Part shown: one piece after another, positions 10,116-19,889 of the stretch
Position numbering within the stretch: position 1 is the first letter of the stretch
Layout: every line of letters starts with the position of its first letter
NCBI GenBank assembly: GCA_017545665.1
Contig: JAFWKQ010000034.1
Coordinates: forward strand, 26,302-90,301
Direction: 5' to 3'
Source of the DNA: Atopobiaceae bacterium
GTDB taxonomy: Bacteria; Actinomycetota; Coriobacteriia; Coriobacteriales; Atopobiaceae
DNA: 64,000 bases
Notes under the pieces: model-generated
What the model was told of the DNA's origin: nothing
The model's database searches: none
The model's input: only the letters and a program-made list of their open reading frames with translations
Translations under genes and position numbers: made by a program

Positions 10116-11036
10116 CTATACGAACAGCCGCTTGAAGGCACCACCCTCAAGCTCTGCAAGGTTATAGATAGTCTCCATGATTTCAAATGTCTCGCGAAGG
10201 TTGTTGCGAGCGCTCTTCCATCCGCCCCCGTCAGTCACCCACACGAACTGGAAACCATCGATGCGTTCTGATTCCTGAGCCATCTCCTTGTAGGAACGTG
10301 CGGTCTCATTGAGCTTAGACCCGCCACCAGAATAGAAGTTGGTCTCGATGGCAAAGATGCCCCTCGCGGTTCGGACCACGAAGTCGAAACGCTTCTGCAC
10401 AGTGCCGTTGTTGGTAATCTCGGAGAGATCAATGCCCCAGAAACGCTGCATCTGGCTGGTGTAGAGCTCCTTGTAGTAGACGCCTGTCTCGAGAGGGTCG
10501 CCAATGATGGTTTTCTTGCCCTCACTATTACGCCGCTCTAGATTAGCCGTCATGAGGTAGCTCTCTACCAGATTCTCCATGAGGTGTCCACCGCGATTCT
10601 TGCGACCGTTGGAATCGAGGCCTACCTCGACGCCCGTCACGTAGTCCTGGAGATTTGTGATGGTGTGGTCCTCCATGAGGCCAAAGAGTCCGATGGAGCG
10701 CATAAAGTCGACATAGTCTTGTGGGCGCATCGTACCCTTCTTTGCACCGAATTGGAAGTATGCGAGAACTCCTGTTTCGTAAATGGGCACTTCGGTGGCA
10801 CGAACCGCGATGAGCGTTGGAATGACATTGAGCACATCGGGATACTTGCGCATGAGGGCGATGAAGTCAGCCTCGATGTTCTTGGAGCCGAGAAGTGAAT
10901 TCATTAGGTGAAGCTCAGGCTTCCACTTATATGCCTTGGCCACCGCTTTGTCAAAGTCAACGTAGTAGTCGTAGCTGGAGATGGTAGGCTTGAATTGGGC
11001 TAGCCATTCGTCGAAGTCTCTTGTGTTGCGAGCCAT
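10116..11036 (-). CDS. dpnB: DpnII/MboI-family type II restriction endonuclease (GATC)
   Basis: Starts at MARNTRDFDEWLAQFKPTISSYDYYVDFDKAV… (ATG 11036, GGGAGG upstream). The N-terminal region and overall length (306 aa) are typical of the DpnII endonuclease family. It is the third gene of a dpnM-dpnA-dpnB-ordered cassette and overlaps dpnA by 37 nt. Confidence 0.85.
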   Translation of the reverse strand: MARNTRDFDEWLAQFKPTISSYDYYVDFDKAVAKAYKWKPELHLMNSLLGSKNIEADFIALMRKYPDVLNVIPTLIAVRATEVPIYETGVLAYFQFGAKKGTMRPQDYVDFMRSIGLFGLMEDHTITNLQDYVTGVEVGLDSNGRKNRGGHLMENLVESYLMTANLERRNSEGKKTIIGDPLETGVYYKELYTSQMQRFWGIDLSEITNNGTVQKRFDFVVRTARGIFAIETNFYSGGGSKLNETARSYKEMAQESERIDGFQFVWVTDGGGWKSARNNLRETFEIMETIYNLAELEGGAFKRLFV

Positions 11037-11800
11037 ATTGGCACGACCTCCCTCTTGAGTCGTTCTGCTGCTATGGAAAGGTATTCCTCGGATGCGTCTA
11101 TGCCCGTTGACAGGCGACCAAGCCTCTTTGCGGACACGCAAGTAGTGCCGCTACCGACGAACGGGTCGAAAACGTGCTCGCCCTCGCGGGTCGAAGCCTG
11201 GATAATGCGGTCGAGGAGGTACAGTGGCTTCTGCGTTGGGTGTTTACCGCACGCCTTCTCGGACTTTGGGGTGAGCGTGCCCTCCCAGACGTCCTTCATC
11301 TGCTTGCCGCCGTTAATCTCCTTCATGAGTGTGTAGTCGAAGTAGTGCTTGGCCTTCTTGTCGTTCTTCTGCGCCCAGAGGATGGTCTCGGTGGAGTGGG
11401 TGAAACAACGGCACGCCAGGTTGGGCGGAGGATTGAGCTTCTGCCACGTGATGTTGTTGAGGATACGGAAGCCCTCCTGCTCCAAGGCCATGCCGCATGA
11501 GTAGATGTTGTGAAACGATCCGCTTATCCAGATAGTGCCGTTAAGCGTGAGCAGGCGATAGCACTCGCGTATCCAACGACGGTTAAAGTCGTGCTTTTCC
11601 TCGATGCCGTAGCTCCTGTCCCACTCACCCTTATTGACACTAACCTGCTTACCACCCGAGCAAGATATCCCATCGTTCGAGAGAAAATAGGGCGGATCAG
11701 CGAACACCATATCGAAGGAACCGTCTGGTAACTCGCCCATGACCTCGAACGCGTCGCCGTGCAATAGCTTGGACACCTCGTCCTTGTAGAAGGCATCCAT
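11000..11800 (-). CDS. dpnA: DpnA-like N6-adenine/N4-cytosine DNA methyltransferase (beta class)
   Basis: The motif order is catalytic DPPY (MVFADPPYFLSND) followed by the C-terminal SAM-binding FDPFVGSGTT. 266 aa; the stop is 3 nt before dpnM in the same operon. Confidence 0.85.
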   Translation of the reverse strand: MDAFYKDEVSKLLHGDAFEVMGELPDGSFDMVFADPPYFLSNDGISCSGGKQVSVNKGEWDRSYGIEEKHDFNRRWIRECYRLLTLNGTIWISGSFHNIYSCGMALEQEGFRILNNITWQKLNPPPNLACRCFTHSTETILWAQKNDKKAKHYFDYTLMKEINGGKQMKDVWEGTLTPKSEKACGKHPTQKPLYLLDRIIQASTREGEHVFDPFVGSGTTCVSAKRLGRLSTGIDASEEYLSIAAERLKREVVPIWLATQETSTNG

Positions 11801-11802
11801 GG

Positions 11803-12651
11803 TTAACGATCCAAGTAGTTGGTGACGATGACCTCGGTGCCATGGCGCTTGGAAGCGTCCGAGTTGATCGCACGTGCCACGTCAACCACATCGATTCTGT
11901 AGCCCTCGTAAAGCTCGCGGATGAGCGGCGTATTGTGATTGGTAAGCATGAGAAGGGAACCCCGCGCATCAAGATCGCGATAGAGAGCAGCGAGGCGGCG
12001 GTGGTCCTCCTCCAGGAACCCCTCCTTGGTGTACGCCTCGAAGGTTGTCTCTTTAACCGGAACGTAGGGCGAGTCGAAGAACACGAAGTCGCCCGCCTTC
12101 GCATCCGACACAGCAGCCTCGAAGTCGCCACACATGAGCGTTGCGCGGCCAAGAGCCTCGGAAACGGCCCTTGTGTTCTCGGGCTCGAACGATGCCCTCA
12201 GTGAGTTGTTGTATGGAACGTTGAACGCGCCTTTGGCGTTAACACGATACAAGCCGTTGAAGCAATGCTTATTGATGAACACCATGAGCGCCGCCGTCTC
12301 GGTGGTGTAGGTATCCGAGGTAAGCAGCTGGTTGTATTGGTCACGCATGGCGTAGTAGTAAGCCTTCGCTTCTACCTTGTCATGAGGGATGGCCCCGTCT
12401 ATCTCCGAGAGCACTTGAACAAAGACATCATGCTCGTCTCGTACGCGCTCATAGAGGTTGATGAGTGCACGATTGAGATCGTTTACCGTAGCCTCCTTGG
12501 GCTGGAGATGGAAGAAGAGCGCCCCTCCTCCGAGGAACGGTTCGTAGTAGCGACCGTACTTGCTAGGAAGCCGGTCGTCAATGCGGTCGAGTAGCTGGCG
12601 CTTGCCGCCTGCCCATTTTATGAGTGGCGAGGGAATCTCTGTTATGCGCAT
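11803..12651 (-). CDS. dpnM: Dam/DpnM-like GATC N6-adenine DNA methyltransferase (D12 class)
   Basis: From ATG 12651: MRITEIPSPLIKWAGGKRQLL…YYEPFLGGGALFF…FVFFDSPYVP, which are the hallmark Dam-family motifs. Confidence 0.9.
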   Translation of the reverse strand: MRITEIPSPLIKWAGGKRQLLDRIDDRLPSKYGRYYEPFLGGGALFFHLQPKEATVNDLNRALINLYERVRDEHDVFVQVLSEIDGAIPHDKVEAKAYYYAMRDQYNQLLTSDTYTTETAALMVFINKHCFNGLYRVNAKGAFNVPYNNSLRASFEPENTRAVSEALGRATLMCGDFEAAVSDAKAGDFVFFDSPYVPVKETTFEAYTKEGFLEEDHRRLAALYRDLDARGSLLMLTNHNTPLIRELYEGYRIDVVDVARAINSDASKRHGTEVIVTNYLDR

Positions 12652-12789
12652 GTACCACCTATCCTCACTAAATCGATTGTTTACCAATGGTACCAGCAAC
12701 TGTGGACATAATTGCGGCAACATTGGACTCAAGTGCAAAGTCGCGTCTTATTCTGGCGCGATTGTTCCGTTTACGCTTCAAGGAGGATT

Positions 12790-12972
12790 GTGGTGTTCGA
12801 CGGCAAGAAGGCGACCATCAAGCATGATGGCTATAGCGGCGGAGTGCTCTATAAGACCTGTCCTCATTGCGGCAAGAGGAAGCCTATGTCAGATTTCGGA
12901 CTGAGAGCCATGACGCCCGAAGACCCTGTACGGGAGCAATCTTGGTGCAAGTCCTGTCGATCGGGCGGCTAG
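12790..12972 (+). CDS. Small zinc-ribbon protein, divergent from the DpnII cassette
   Basis: AGGAGG at 12781-12786 is followed by GTG GTG (12790/12793). The ~60-aa product has CPHCG…CKSC. The function is unknown and the call is tentative. Confidence 0.3.
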   Translation: MVFDGKKATIKHDGYSGGVLYKTCPHCGKRKPMSDFGLRAMTPEDPVREQSWCKSCRSGG

Positions 12973-14298
12973 ACATCCAAAAAGACATTTTGTTCGCTGT
13001 ATAAAAGCGAGCTAGAATGAAATCGAAAGATTAGTTCACGAGTTTACGTCTCTCCGCGACAGGGATTCCGATGAGCTATCGATTGATTCCGTACGAAAGA
13101 TCGTGCTAACACTCAATCGCTTCCTGTTCATAACACATAAGGAAATAGGCACCGTACGCGCCTCAGTGCCGACTAACCTTACTTCTCTGGCTTCCACAGA
13201 TACTGGGATGATTATCGCGAGGTATTAAACACTACAATTGATGACGAATCCTGTGCGCTCGTGGCCGAAAAGCTTCACGAAGCACATGTGAGGCTAACGG
13301 AAAGGCTTTTGATTCCGTATACGACACCTGCGGCCTATTATCGGAGGATGCGTGCAGGTTGAGACTTCTTACCGCAATCAAGATTTCAGTACGTCATTGG
13401 AGTTTGAGGATATGGCGGCAGCATTCAAGAAGGATTCCTCGATATTTGATGAGAAGCAGATTTACGGCAATCTTGAATCATTCTTGGCTGCGTTAAATTA
13501 GCCAGCCTTTCTCAAAGTGACAAGAGAAGCACATACACAAAGTCAATATCCAGTTTTCTCATCGATCACGATGAGACACCATACCAAATAATCGAACGCT
13601 TCGGAAGCGACGCGGTCGCATTTCGTAAGGCCTTTATCGGATGTGCTATAGCTGGGCACGGAAACAATAAACGGAAATGTACATACGCGACGTGTACGTG
13701 CTAGACATTTAGAAGTACATTGACAACTTTGAGATAGTAAGCGTGGCAAGCGATGCGAACACAATGCATGTTGCCCTGCGCACTGGCATTATTAAGAGCG
13801 TTATACCACTGGCGACGATCTTTCTCGACAGCTTCAGGATTCAATACACTGCGGTAGATAACTCATTGGCAAACGCTTGGAGACGAGAATAAGAGCCTTG
13901 GCGCAAGATAAGGCGACGAATCTAGAGTAAAGACCATCAACCGCATGCTTCCATGCCTTGTGCCGAAAGGCCGACTGGCTATTGAGTACATTGGCTTCTA
14001 TAAATTGTAAATCGTACAGCCAAACTACGGAGTGTGTCTATTTTAGCTATGTGTACGCGACATGACGGTCAGCGGCCTATTCCGCCTAAAACATCAGCAT
14101 CCTTTGATGCGCAAGCTAGAAAGAGGCGTACGTATACTCGGATGCGGATGGTCGAAATCCTTCATCAAAAGGGTTGCTACGCCAAACGCATCTTTAACTG
14201 AAATCAGCTGAATGAAGGGCTGGTCTTCATCAGTTTGATCGCCACTACAAGAACCCTTAGTATGTTCCATAAACGTCCATTCAACTATAGGACACCCA

Positions 14299-17200
14299 AT
14301 GGAACTAGGCCTCTACGAGCAAGTAGTCAACGAGCTTCTCGCTAAACAGCTGACTGAGCTGCCAGCCAACATCAATCCCTCTGTCGCCGACATCGACAAA
14401 GCCGAGGCCAGCACCATCCTTGCTGCCTACATTGCCCAACAGGCGGAGTCCATGCTCGCCCAAGCTTCCGATAAGGGCCTCGACACTCAGGTTGCGCTTG
14501 CCAACAAGATGCTCTCCGTAATCGAAGAGTCCCCGGAGCATGCCATCAATACACCCGCCCGACAGCTTCTCTCGCTAGTAAGTACTACACAAGACAAGGC
14601 AAAGCGCAAAAAGAGCTACATCGTCCGACCCGAGACGTCCATATCGCACAGCTCACTCTTTACCGGCTCGCAGCACGAACCACAGCTGGAAACGGAACTT
14701 AACAAAGAGATTGCATCCGCCGACCGCATCGATATGCTCGTCTCGTTCATAAAATGGAGCGGACTTAGACTCCTTATGCCCCGATTGCAGGCATTCGCTG
14801 GTCGTGGCGGTCGCTTGCGCATCATAACCACTACATACATTGGTGCCACCGATGCCAAGGCCATCGAAGAGCTGTCCAAACTGCCAAACACGCGCATCAA
14901 GGTTTCGTTTGACTCTCAGCATACGCGGCTTCACGCAAAAGCTTATCTCTTCTACCGCAACACCGGCTTTAGCACCGCCTATGTAGGATCGAGCAACATC
15001 TCCATGCCCGCTATCACTAGCGGACTTGAGTGGAACATGAAGATAACCGCCCAAGATCAGCCGACCGTCATGGATAAGATGGCCGCGACGTTTGCAAGCT
15101 ATTGGGAAAGTTCCGACTTCGAAGAATACACCTCACAAATGCGAAATCGCCTTGTAGAGGCAATCGAAGAGGAGCGCAATCCCAAGCATCTACATGTAGA
15201 GATGGATGCCATAACGCATTTCTTAGACGTTCGGCCATATCCCTACCAGCAGGACATTCTCGACAAGCTCCGTGCAGAGCGAGAGGTGGCCAACAGATGG
15301 CACAACCTCGTGGTTGCCGCCACAGGAACGGGTAAGACTGTTATCTCTGCATTGGACTACCGCAGCTGGTGCAGGCTATATAGCAAAGGGCGTAACGCAA
15401 AGCTCCTTTTTGTTGCTCACCGCGAGGAAATCCTCAAGCAGAGTCTTTCGTGCTTCCGCATGGTGCTCAAGGACAACAACTTCGGCGAGTTGCTTGTGGG
15501 GTCATCACGGGTGGACTCGTTTGACCACCTCTTCTGTTCAATACAATCGCTTAACTCACGCAAGCTGACTGAGACTCTGCCCGCCAACCAGTATGACTAT
15601 ATTGTCGTAGACGAGTTCCACCATGCAGCCGCGCCCTCATACCGAAGGCTCCTGAGCTACTTCAAGCCTAAGACGCTGCTCGGTCTTACCGCAACGCCCG
15701 AGCGTCTTGACGGAGAGAGCATCCTGCCCTGGTTCGACAACAGGATAGCTGCCGAGATCCGCTTGCCCGAAGCAATAGATCGCAAGTTGCTATGCCCCTT
15801 CCATTACTTTGGTGTGTCGGACGAGGTGGATCTATCTACCGTCCGCTGGACACGAGGCGGATACGACACAAAGGAGCTCGAGAACGTCTTCGTGTTCAAA
15901 CGCGAGATCGCGCTCAAGCGCGTTCGCATGGTAATCGATGCGGTAGTCAAGTACACCGCAGATGTTAACGACATGTGCGGACTGGGCTTCTGCGTCTCCA
16001 AAGAGCATGCACGCTTTATGGCGGAACAATTCAACGCAGCTGGCATTCCCGCCATCGCTCTTACCAGCGATGATAGCCACGAGGCGCGAATTGCCGCGCG
16101 AGGGCGACTGGAGTCCGGCGAGGTCAAGATCATCTTTGTCGTAGACCTGTACAACGAAGGCGTAGACATTCCTCAGGTAAAAACCGTGCTGTTCCTTCGC
16201 CCCACCGACTCGCTCACCATATTCATCCAGCAGCTCGGCCGCGGCCTTCGCTTGTCTCCCGAAACTGGCAAGGAATGTCTGACGGTGCTGGACTTCATCG
16301 GTCAGGCAAACAAGCTCTACCGCTTCGAGGAGAAGTTCGCCGCACTTCTGCCCGACAAGACGGGCAGCGTGTGCCACGCCATTGACAACGACTTCGCGTT
16401 TTTGCCAAAGGGATGCTACATTCAGCTCGAGCGCAAGGCAAAGGAATACGTGCTGGGCAACATCCGCCAATCGCTTGGCATGAAATCGGGCATCGTGTCG
16501 AGACTTCGCACGTTTGAGGAAGACACGGGCAAAGAGCCCACGCTTGCGAACTTCCTCAACTATTACCACCTGGACATTCGTACCATTCTGGCAAAGAACA
16601 GCTTCTCGCGTCTGTGCGTGGAGGCCGGCGTGCGCGAGGACTTTGGCGACCCGGATGAGAAGGAACTGACAAAGGCGTTGTCGCGCGTCTGCCAGATCGA
16701 TTCGCGGCGCTGGATTCGGTTCATCTTGGGCGTGCTTTTGCTCGAAGACGTTCGTGATGAGGACGAGATGAGTGCTGGCGAGCGTCGAATGCTCAAGATG
16801 TTCCAGATAACGTTGTGGCCCAACTCGTTTAAGGACAATTCTTTTGACTTATACGACAAATGGGTAGAGCGCCTTATGGACAATCCCACTATGCTTGCCG
16901 AGATCATCGGAACGCTTCAATGGCAGCTCGACCACATAGACTTTGTGGATGCGCCCGTGGACTGGGGTTTCGACTGTCCGCTGGACTTGCACTGCTCCTA
17001 CTCGCGTGACCAGATCTTCGCGGCGATAGACCTTGCCAACCCATCGTCGGTTCGCGAGGGCGTACGCTGGATTCCAGACCATAGTGTCGACGTACTCGTG
17101 AACACGCTCAACAAGGCTGAGAAGGACTACTCCCCCACCACCATGTACCAGGACTACTCAATCTCGGACCGATTGTTCCACTGGCAGAGCCAATCCACTA

Positions 17201-17439
17201 CCAGTGAGGCCTCGCCAACAGGACAACGCTACATCCATCACGTCCAGCAAGGGAGCAATGTCGCACTCTTTGTTCGCGAATATAAGAAGGACAGCTTTGG
17301 ACTTACGGCGCCGTTCTGCTTCCTTGGCCTTGTCGACTATCGCTCGCACGAAGGCGAACGGCCCATGTCCATCGTCTGGAGCCTTCGCGAGCCCATCCCC
17401 GCGCGCTACCTCCCCAAGACCAACAAGCTCGCAGGGTAA
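14299..17439 (+). CDS. PLD(HKD)-nuclease / SF2 helicase / DUF3427 fusion protein (defence-island type)
   Basis: 1046 aa. It carries the HKD motif HTRLHAKAYLF…GSSNIS and the helicase motifs VAATGTGKT, VVDEFHH, LTATPER and QQLGRGLR. It ends in a long C-terminal DUF3427-type region. Confidence 0.85.
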   Translation: MELGLYEQVVNELLAKQLTELPANINPSVADIDKAEASTILAAYIAQQAESMLAQASDKGLDTQVALANKMLSVIEESPEHAINTPARQLLSLVSTTQDKAKRKKSYIVRPETSISHSSLFTGSQHEPQLETELNKEIASADRIDMLVSFIKWSGLRLLMPRLQAFAGRGGRLRIITTTYIGATDAKAIEELSKLPNTRIKVSFDSQHTRLHAKAYLFYRNTGFSTAYVGSSNISMPAITSGLEWNMKITAQDQPTVMDKMAATFASYWESSDFEEYTSQMRNRLVEAIEEERNPKHLHVEMDAITHFLDVRPYPYQQDILDKLRAEREVANRWHNLVVAATGTGKTVISALDYRSWCRLYSKGRNAKLLFVAHREEILKQSLSCFRMVLKDNNFGELLVGSSRVDSFDHLFCSIQSLNSRKLTETLPANQYDYIVVDEFHHAAAPSYRRLLSYFKPKTLLGLTATPERLDGESILPWFDNRIAAEIRLPEAIDRKLLCPFHYFGVSDEVDLSTVRWTRGGYDTKELENVFVFKREIALKRVRMVIDAVVKYTADVNDMCGLGFCVSKEHARFMAEQFNAAGIPAIALTSDDSHEARIAARGRLESGEVKIIFVVDLYNEGVDIPQVKTVLFLRPTDSLTIFIQQLGRGLRLSPETGKECLTVLDFIGQANKLYRFEEKFAALLPDKTGSVCHAIDNDFAFLPKGCYIQLERKAKEYVLGNIRQSLGMKSGIVSRLRTFEEDTGKEPTLANFLNYYHLDIRTILAKNSFSRLCVEAGVREDFGDPDEKELTKALSRVCQIDSRRWIRFILGVLLLEDVRDEDEMSAGERRMLKMFQITLWPNSFKDNSFDLYDKWVERLMDNPTMLAEIIGTLQWQLDHIDFVDAPVDWGFDCPLDLHCSYSRDQIFAAIDLANPSSVREGVRWIPDHSVDVLVNTLNKAEKDYSPTTMYQDYSISDRLFHWQSQSTTSEASPTGQRYIHHVQQGSNVALFVREYKKDSFGLTAPFCFLGLVDYRSHEGERPMSIVWSLREPIPARYLPKTNKLAG

Positions 17440-17757
17440 CATCGTTTGCGCATAATCGTTCGTCGGTATGTGGTTCGCAACAACGAAAAGGGAGCAGGCA
17501 CTCCGCTGACCCCACTCTCGCTTACTACGCCGCTCACGCACAGGGTGCGCAGCATCCACTGCAAACGTCGAGCTCTCGCAGCTGCTGCGCAAGCGGTTCA
17601 TGTACTGCTCCACAAATCATGGGAAGACCACGCTCAACCACACTCTTCTCGTCCCAGTGTACGGAAGCATTCAACATGCACATTCGTGATCCGTGCTATA
17701 GTTTTCGACACGGTCGGCGATGCTCATGATCGCTAAGCTCTCGCAGCTGCTACTGAG

Positions 17758-17814
17758 CGGTAGGGTGTCGTGGTACCGCAAATCCGATACGAGCGGTACC
17801 ACGACACCCTACCG
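17758..17814. repeat. Perfect 22-bp inverted repeat (hairpin, 13-nt loop)
   Basis: CGGTAGGGTGTCGTGGTACCGC (17758-17779) and GCGGTACCACGACACCCTACCG (17793-17814). There is no U-tract on either side. A 26-nt direct repeat AGCTCTCGCAGCTGCT…GCGGT (17571 and 17735) abuts it. Confidence 0.85.
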
Positions 17815-18063
17815 GTCAGTTAGCAAGCAATCTAACATTGTAATTTGGCAGAATAGAAATGTATCATTGAGCTAGTGTAGCTCAGTCGATATTTGTCTAG
17901 TTAGTATCTTTTGCGAGCCTCTGGCTCATCATTCGTTGACAGTTTGTTAGATTGTCGAATGATTTGTACCCTGTTTTGGTACTGCAATTCTAATTGGTTT
18001 GGGTTCCGTCGTTGGAAGCAGCCACAAAGATAAATACAGCTATGCAGCTACCAACACAACGAA

Positions 18064-19761
18064 ATGGAGACTACGGTGCCAAAAAAACTCACCATTACGC
18101 AAGAGGCGGTTCAAGACTATATCAGCGGCGAAAAGGACAGATACGGCACGGTGCTAACCGACAGTGAAGTGTTCGAGCGCATCGCCTCACAGCAAGTGTT
18201 GAAACAATACGCAATAGACGATGACGAGACGGAAAGGGGTATAGTTGGAGGGGGCAACGATGGTGGGTATGACGGAATCTTCGTTTTTTCGAATGAGGTA
18301 TTAGTGTCTGGGGAGGATACTAATTCGCTGGAGATTCAAAACCGTTCAGCAATCGATATCTATTTCATCCAAGCAAAAAACTCCTACGGTTTTTCCGAAT
18401 CGATAGTGCAGAACTGGAAAACTTCATTTCCAAACCTTATCGAGAATCCGAGAGGTGATGCCCAAAGATATAACACCGACGTAATCGAAGCTTTCACGCT
18501 CATCAGGAGCATACTAAAAAAGACTGTTGTATCACATCTTTGCGTAACATTAAACTTTGTAGCTGTGTCACTTGCAGAAGAGACGCACATCAATCTTGAG
18601 AAGCAAGCTGAAGAGCTTACCAGTATCGTCTATAACATAATACCAAGCCAAAACGCAAAGGTTACCACTGCATTCATTAATGTGCGCAAACTATATGAGC
18701 TTATTGAGCAGGCTCCCGATGAGACTAGATCGATTCGTGCCACAAAAGAGCCTTTATGTCCGGATGAGTCAAGTGCGATTCTTGTAGTCGAATTGGGAGA
18801 ATACTATAAATTCATTACAGACGATAACGGTTTGTTGATTAAAGACCTCTTTGAATCAAATATTAGAGACTACCAAGGCAACATCGAAGTGAACAAAGCA
18901 ATAAGGGCAACACTTGAAAAACAAAATAATATTGATTTCTGGTGGTTAAACAATGGCATCACGATTGTTGCAGAAACAGTTACTCGAGATATGGGTAGCA
19001 CTATAACAATGAAGAACCCACGAATAGTGAACGGATTACAGACTTCCAATGAAATTCGACGCTACTGTCACAATAACACCGAAGTCAACGAACATAGAAA
19101 GGTACTTGTAAAGTGCATTGCAACATCGAGCCAAGAGAATCGCTCGGCGATTATTGAAGCAACAAATAAACAAAGCACAATTCCACCTGCTTTTCTCCGA
19201 TCTCTCGATACCATTCAGTTGCAAATTGAACGTTACTTTACAAATCACAATCTTCACTACGACAGGAGAAAAAGCTCGTGTAGGAATGCGGGTATTCCTG
19301 CAAAAGAGATCATTTCTTTGCCTTTCCTTGGTCAATGCTTGATTTCGATACTCTTACAACAACCTGACTATGCTCGCGCTCGACCAGCTCAAGTTTTAAA
19401 TGATGATAAGAAGTATCAGACAATATTTAATGAATCAATATCTCTGGAGGCTTATTTACGTGTCGGATCTCTTGCATTGTATACACGTCAGTGGCTGAAA
19501 GAGTCGTCATACTCCCGAGGCGCACAAAATGACATAATGTTTTATGTATTACTCTTTATTTGCATCAAACAAGTTGGTCATGAAAACATCAGTCCTTCAG
19601 ATCTTCTATGTCTTGAAATCCCATCAGAATGGGCAATCGAAGATTATGCGTGTCAAACACATAACGCTTACGTACGACTGGGCGGTAATCCCACAGTCGC
19701 AAAGGGGCGTGGTCTTGTTCGCGAAGTAGTACAACTGGCTATGGCGGAAAAGGCTAACTAG
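18064..19761 (+). CDS. AIPR-family abortive-infection protein
   Basis: 565 aa with the N-terminal motif GGGNDGGYDGIFVF…IYFIQAKNS and the central RIVNGLQTSNEI (the xNGxQT motif of AIPR). The gene is markedly AT-richer than its neighbours. Confidence 0.75.
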   Translation: METTVPKKLTITQEAVQDYISGEKDRYGTVLTDSEVFERIASQQVLKQYAIDDDETERGIVGGGNDGGYDGIFVFSNEVLVSGEDTNSLEIQNRSAIDIYFIQAKNSYGFSESIVQNWKTSFPNLIENPRGDAQRYNTDVIEAFTLIRSILKKTVVSHLCVTLNFVAVSLAEETHINLEKQAEELTSIVYNIIPSQNAKVTTAFINVRKLYELIEQAPDETRSIRATKEPLCPDESSAILVVELGEYYKFITDDNGLLIKDLFESNIRDYQGNIEVNKAIRATLEKQNNIDFWWLNNGITIVAETVTRDMGSTITMKNPRIVNGLQTSNEIRRYCHNNTEVNEHRKVLVKCIATSSQENRSAIIEATNKQSTIPPAFLRSLDTIQLQIERYFTNHNLHYDRRKSSCRNAGIPAKEIISLPFLGQCLISILLQQPDYARARPAQVLNDDKKYQTIFNESISLEAYLRVGSLALYTRQWLKESSYSRGAQNDIMFYVLLFICIKQVGHENISPSDLLCLEIPSEWAIEDYACQTHNAYVRLGGNPTVAKGRGLVREVVQLAMAEKAN

Positions 19762-19889
19762 CAATACCGAACTTTTCCTAAAAGCCCTTCCCACAACTCT
19801 TACTCTACATTAGAAGGCGGTGTTCAGGAGGGACCATTTCAAGGTCGAGGACTATCGCCCAAGTCGAATGCACACGTCAAGGAGGGCCC

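Noticed and set aside
15832-16569. Minus-strand 245-aa ORF inside the DUF3427 helicase gene, and 60891..61817 (308 aa) opposite the TPR gene
   Set aside because: They are antisense shadows. The sense strands carry recognisable helicase and TPR motifs.
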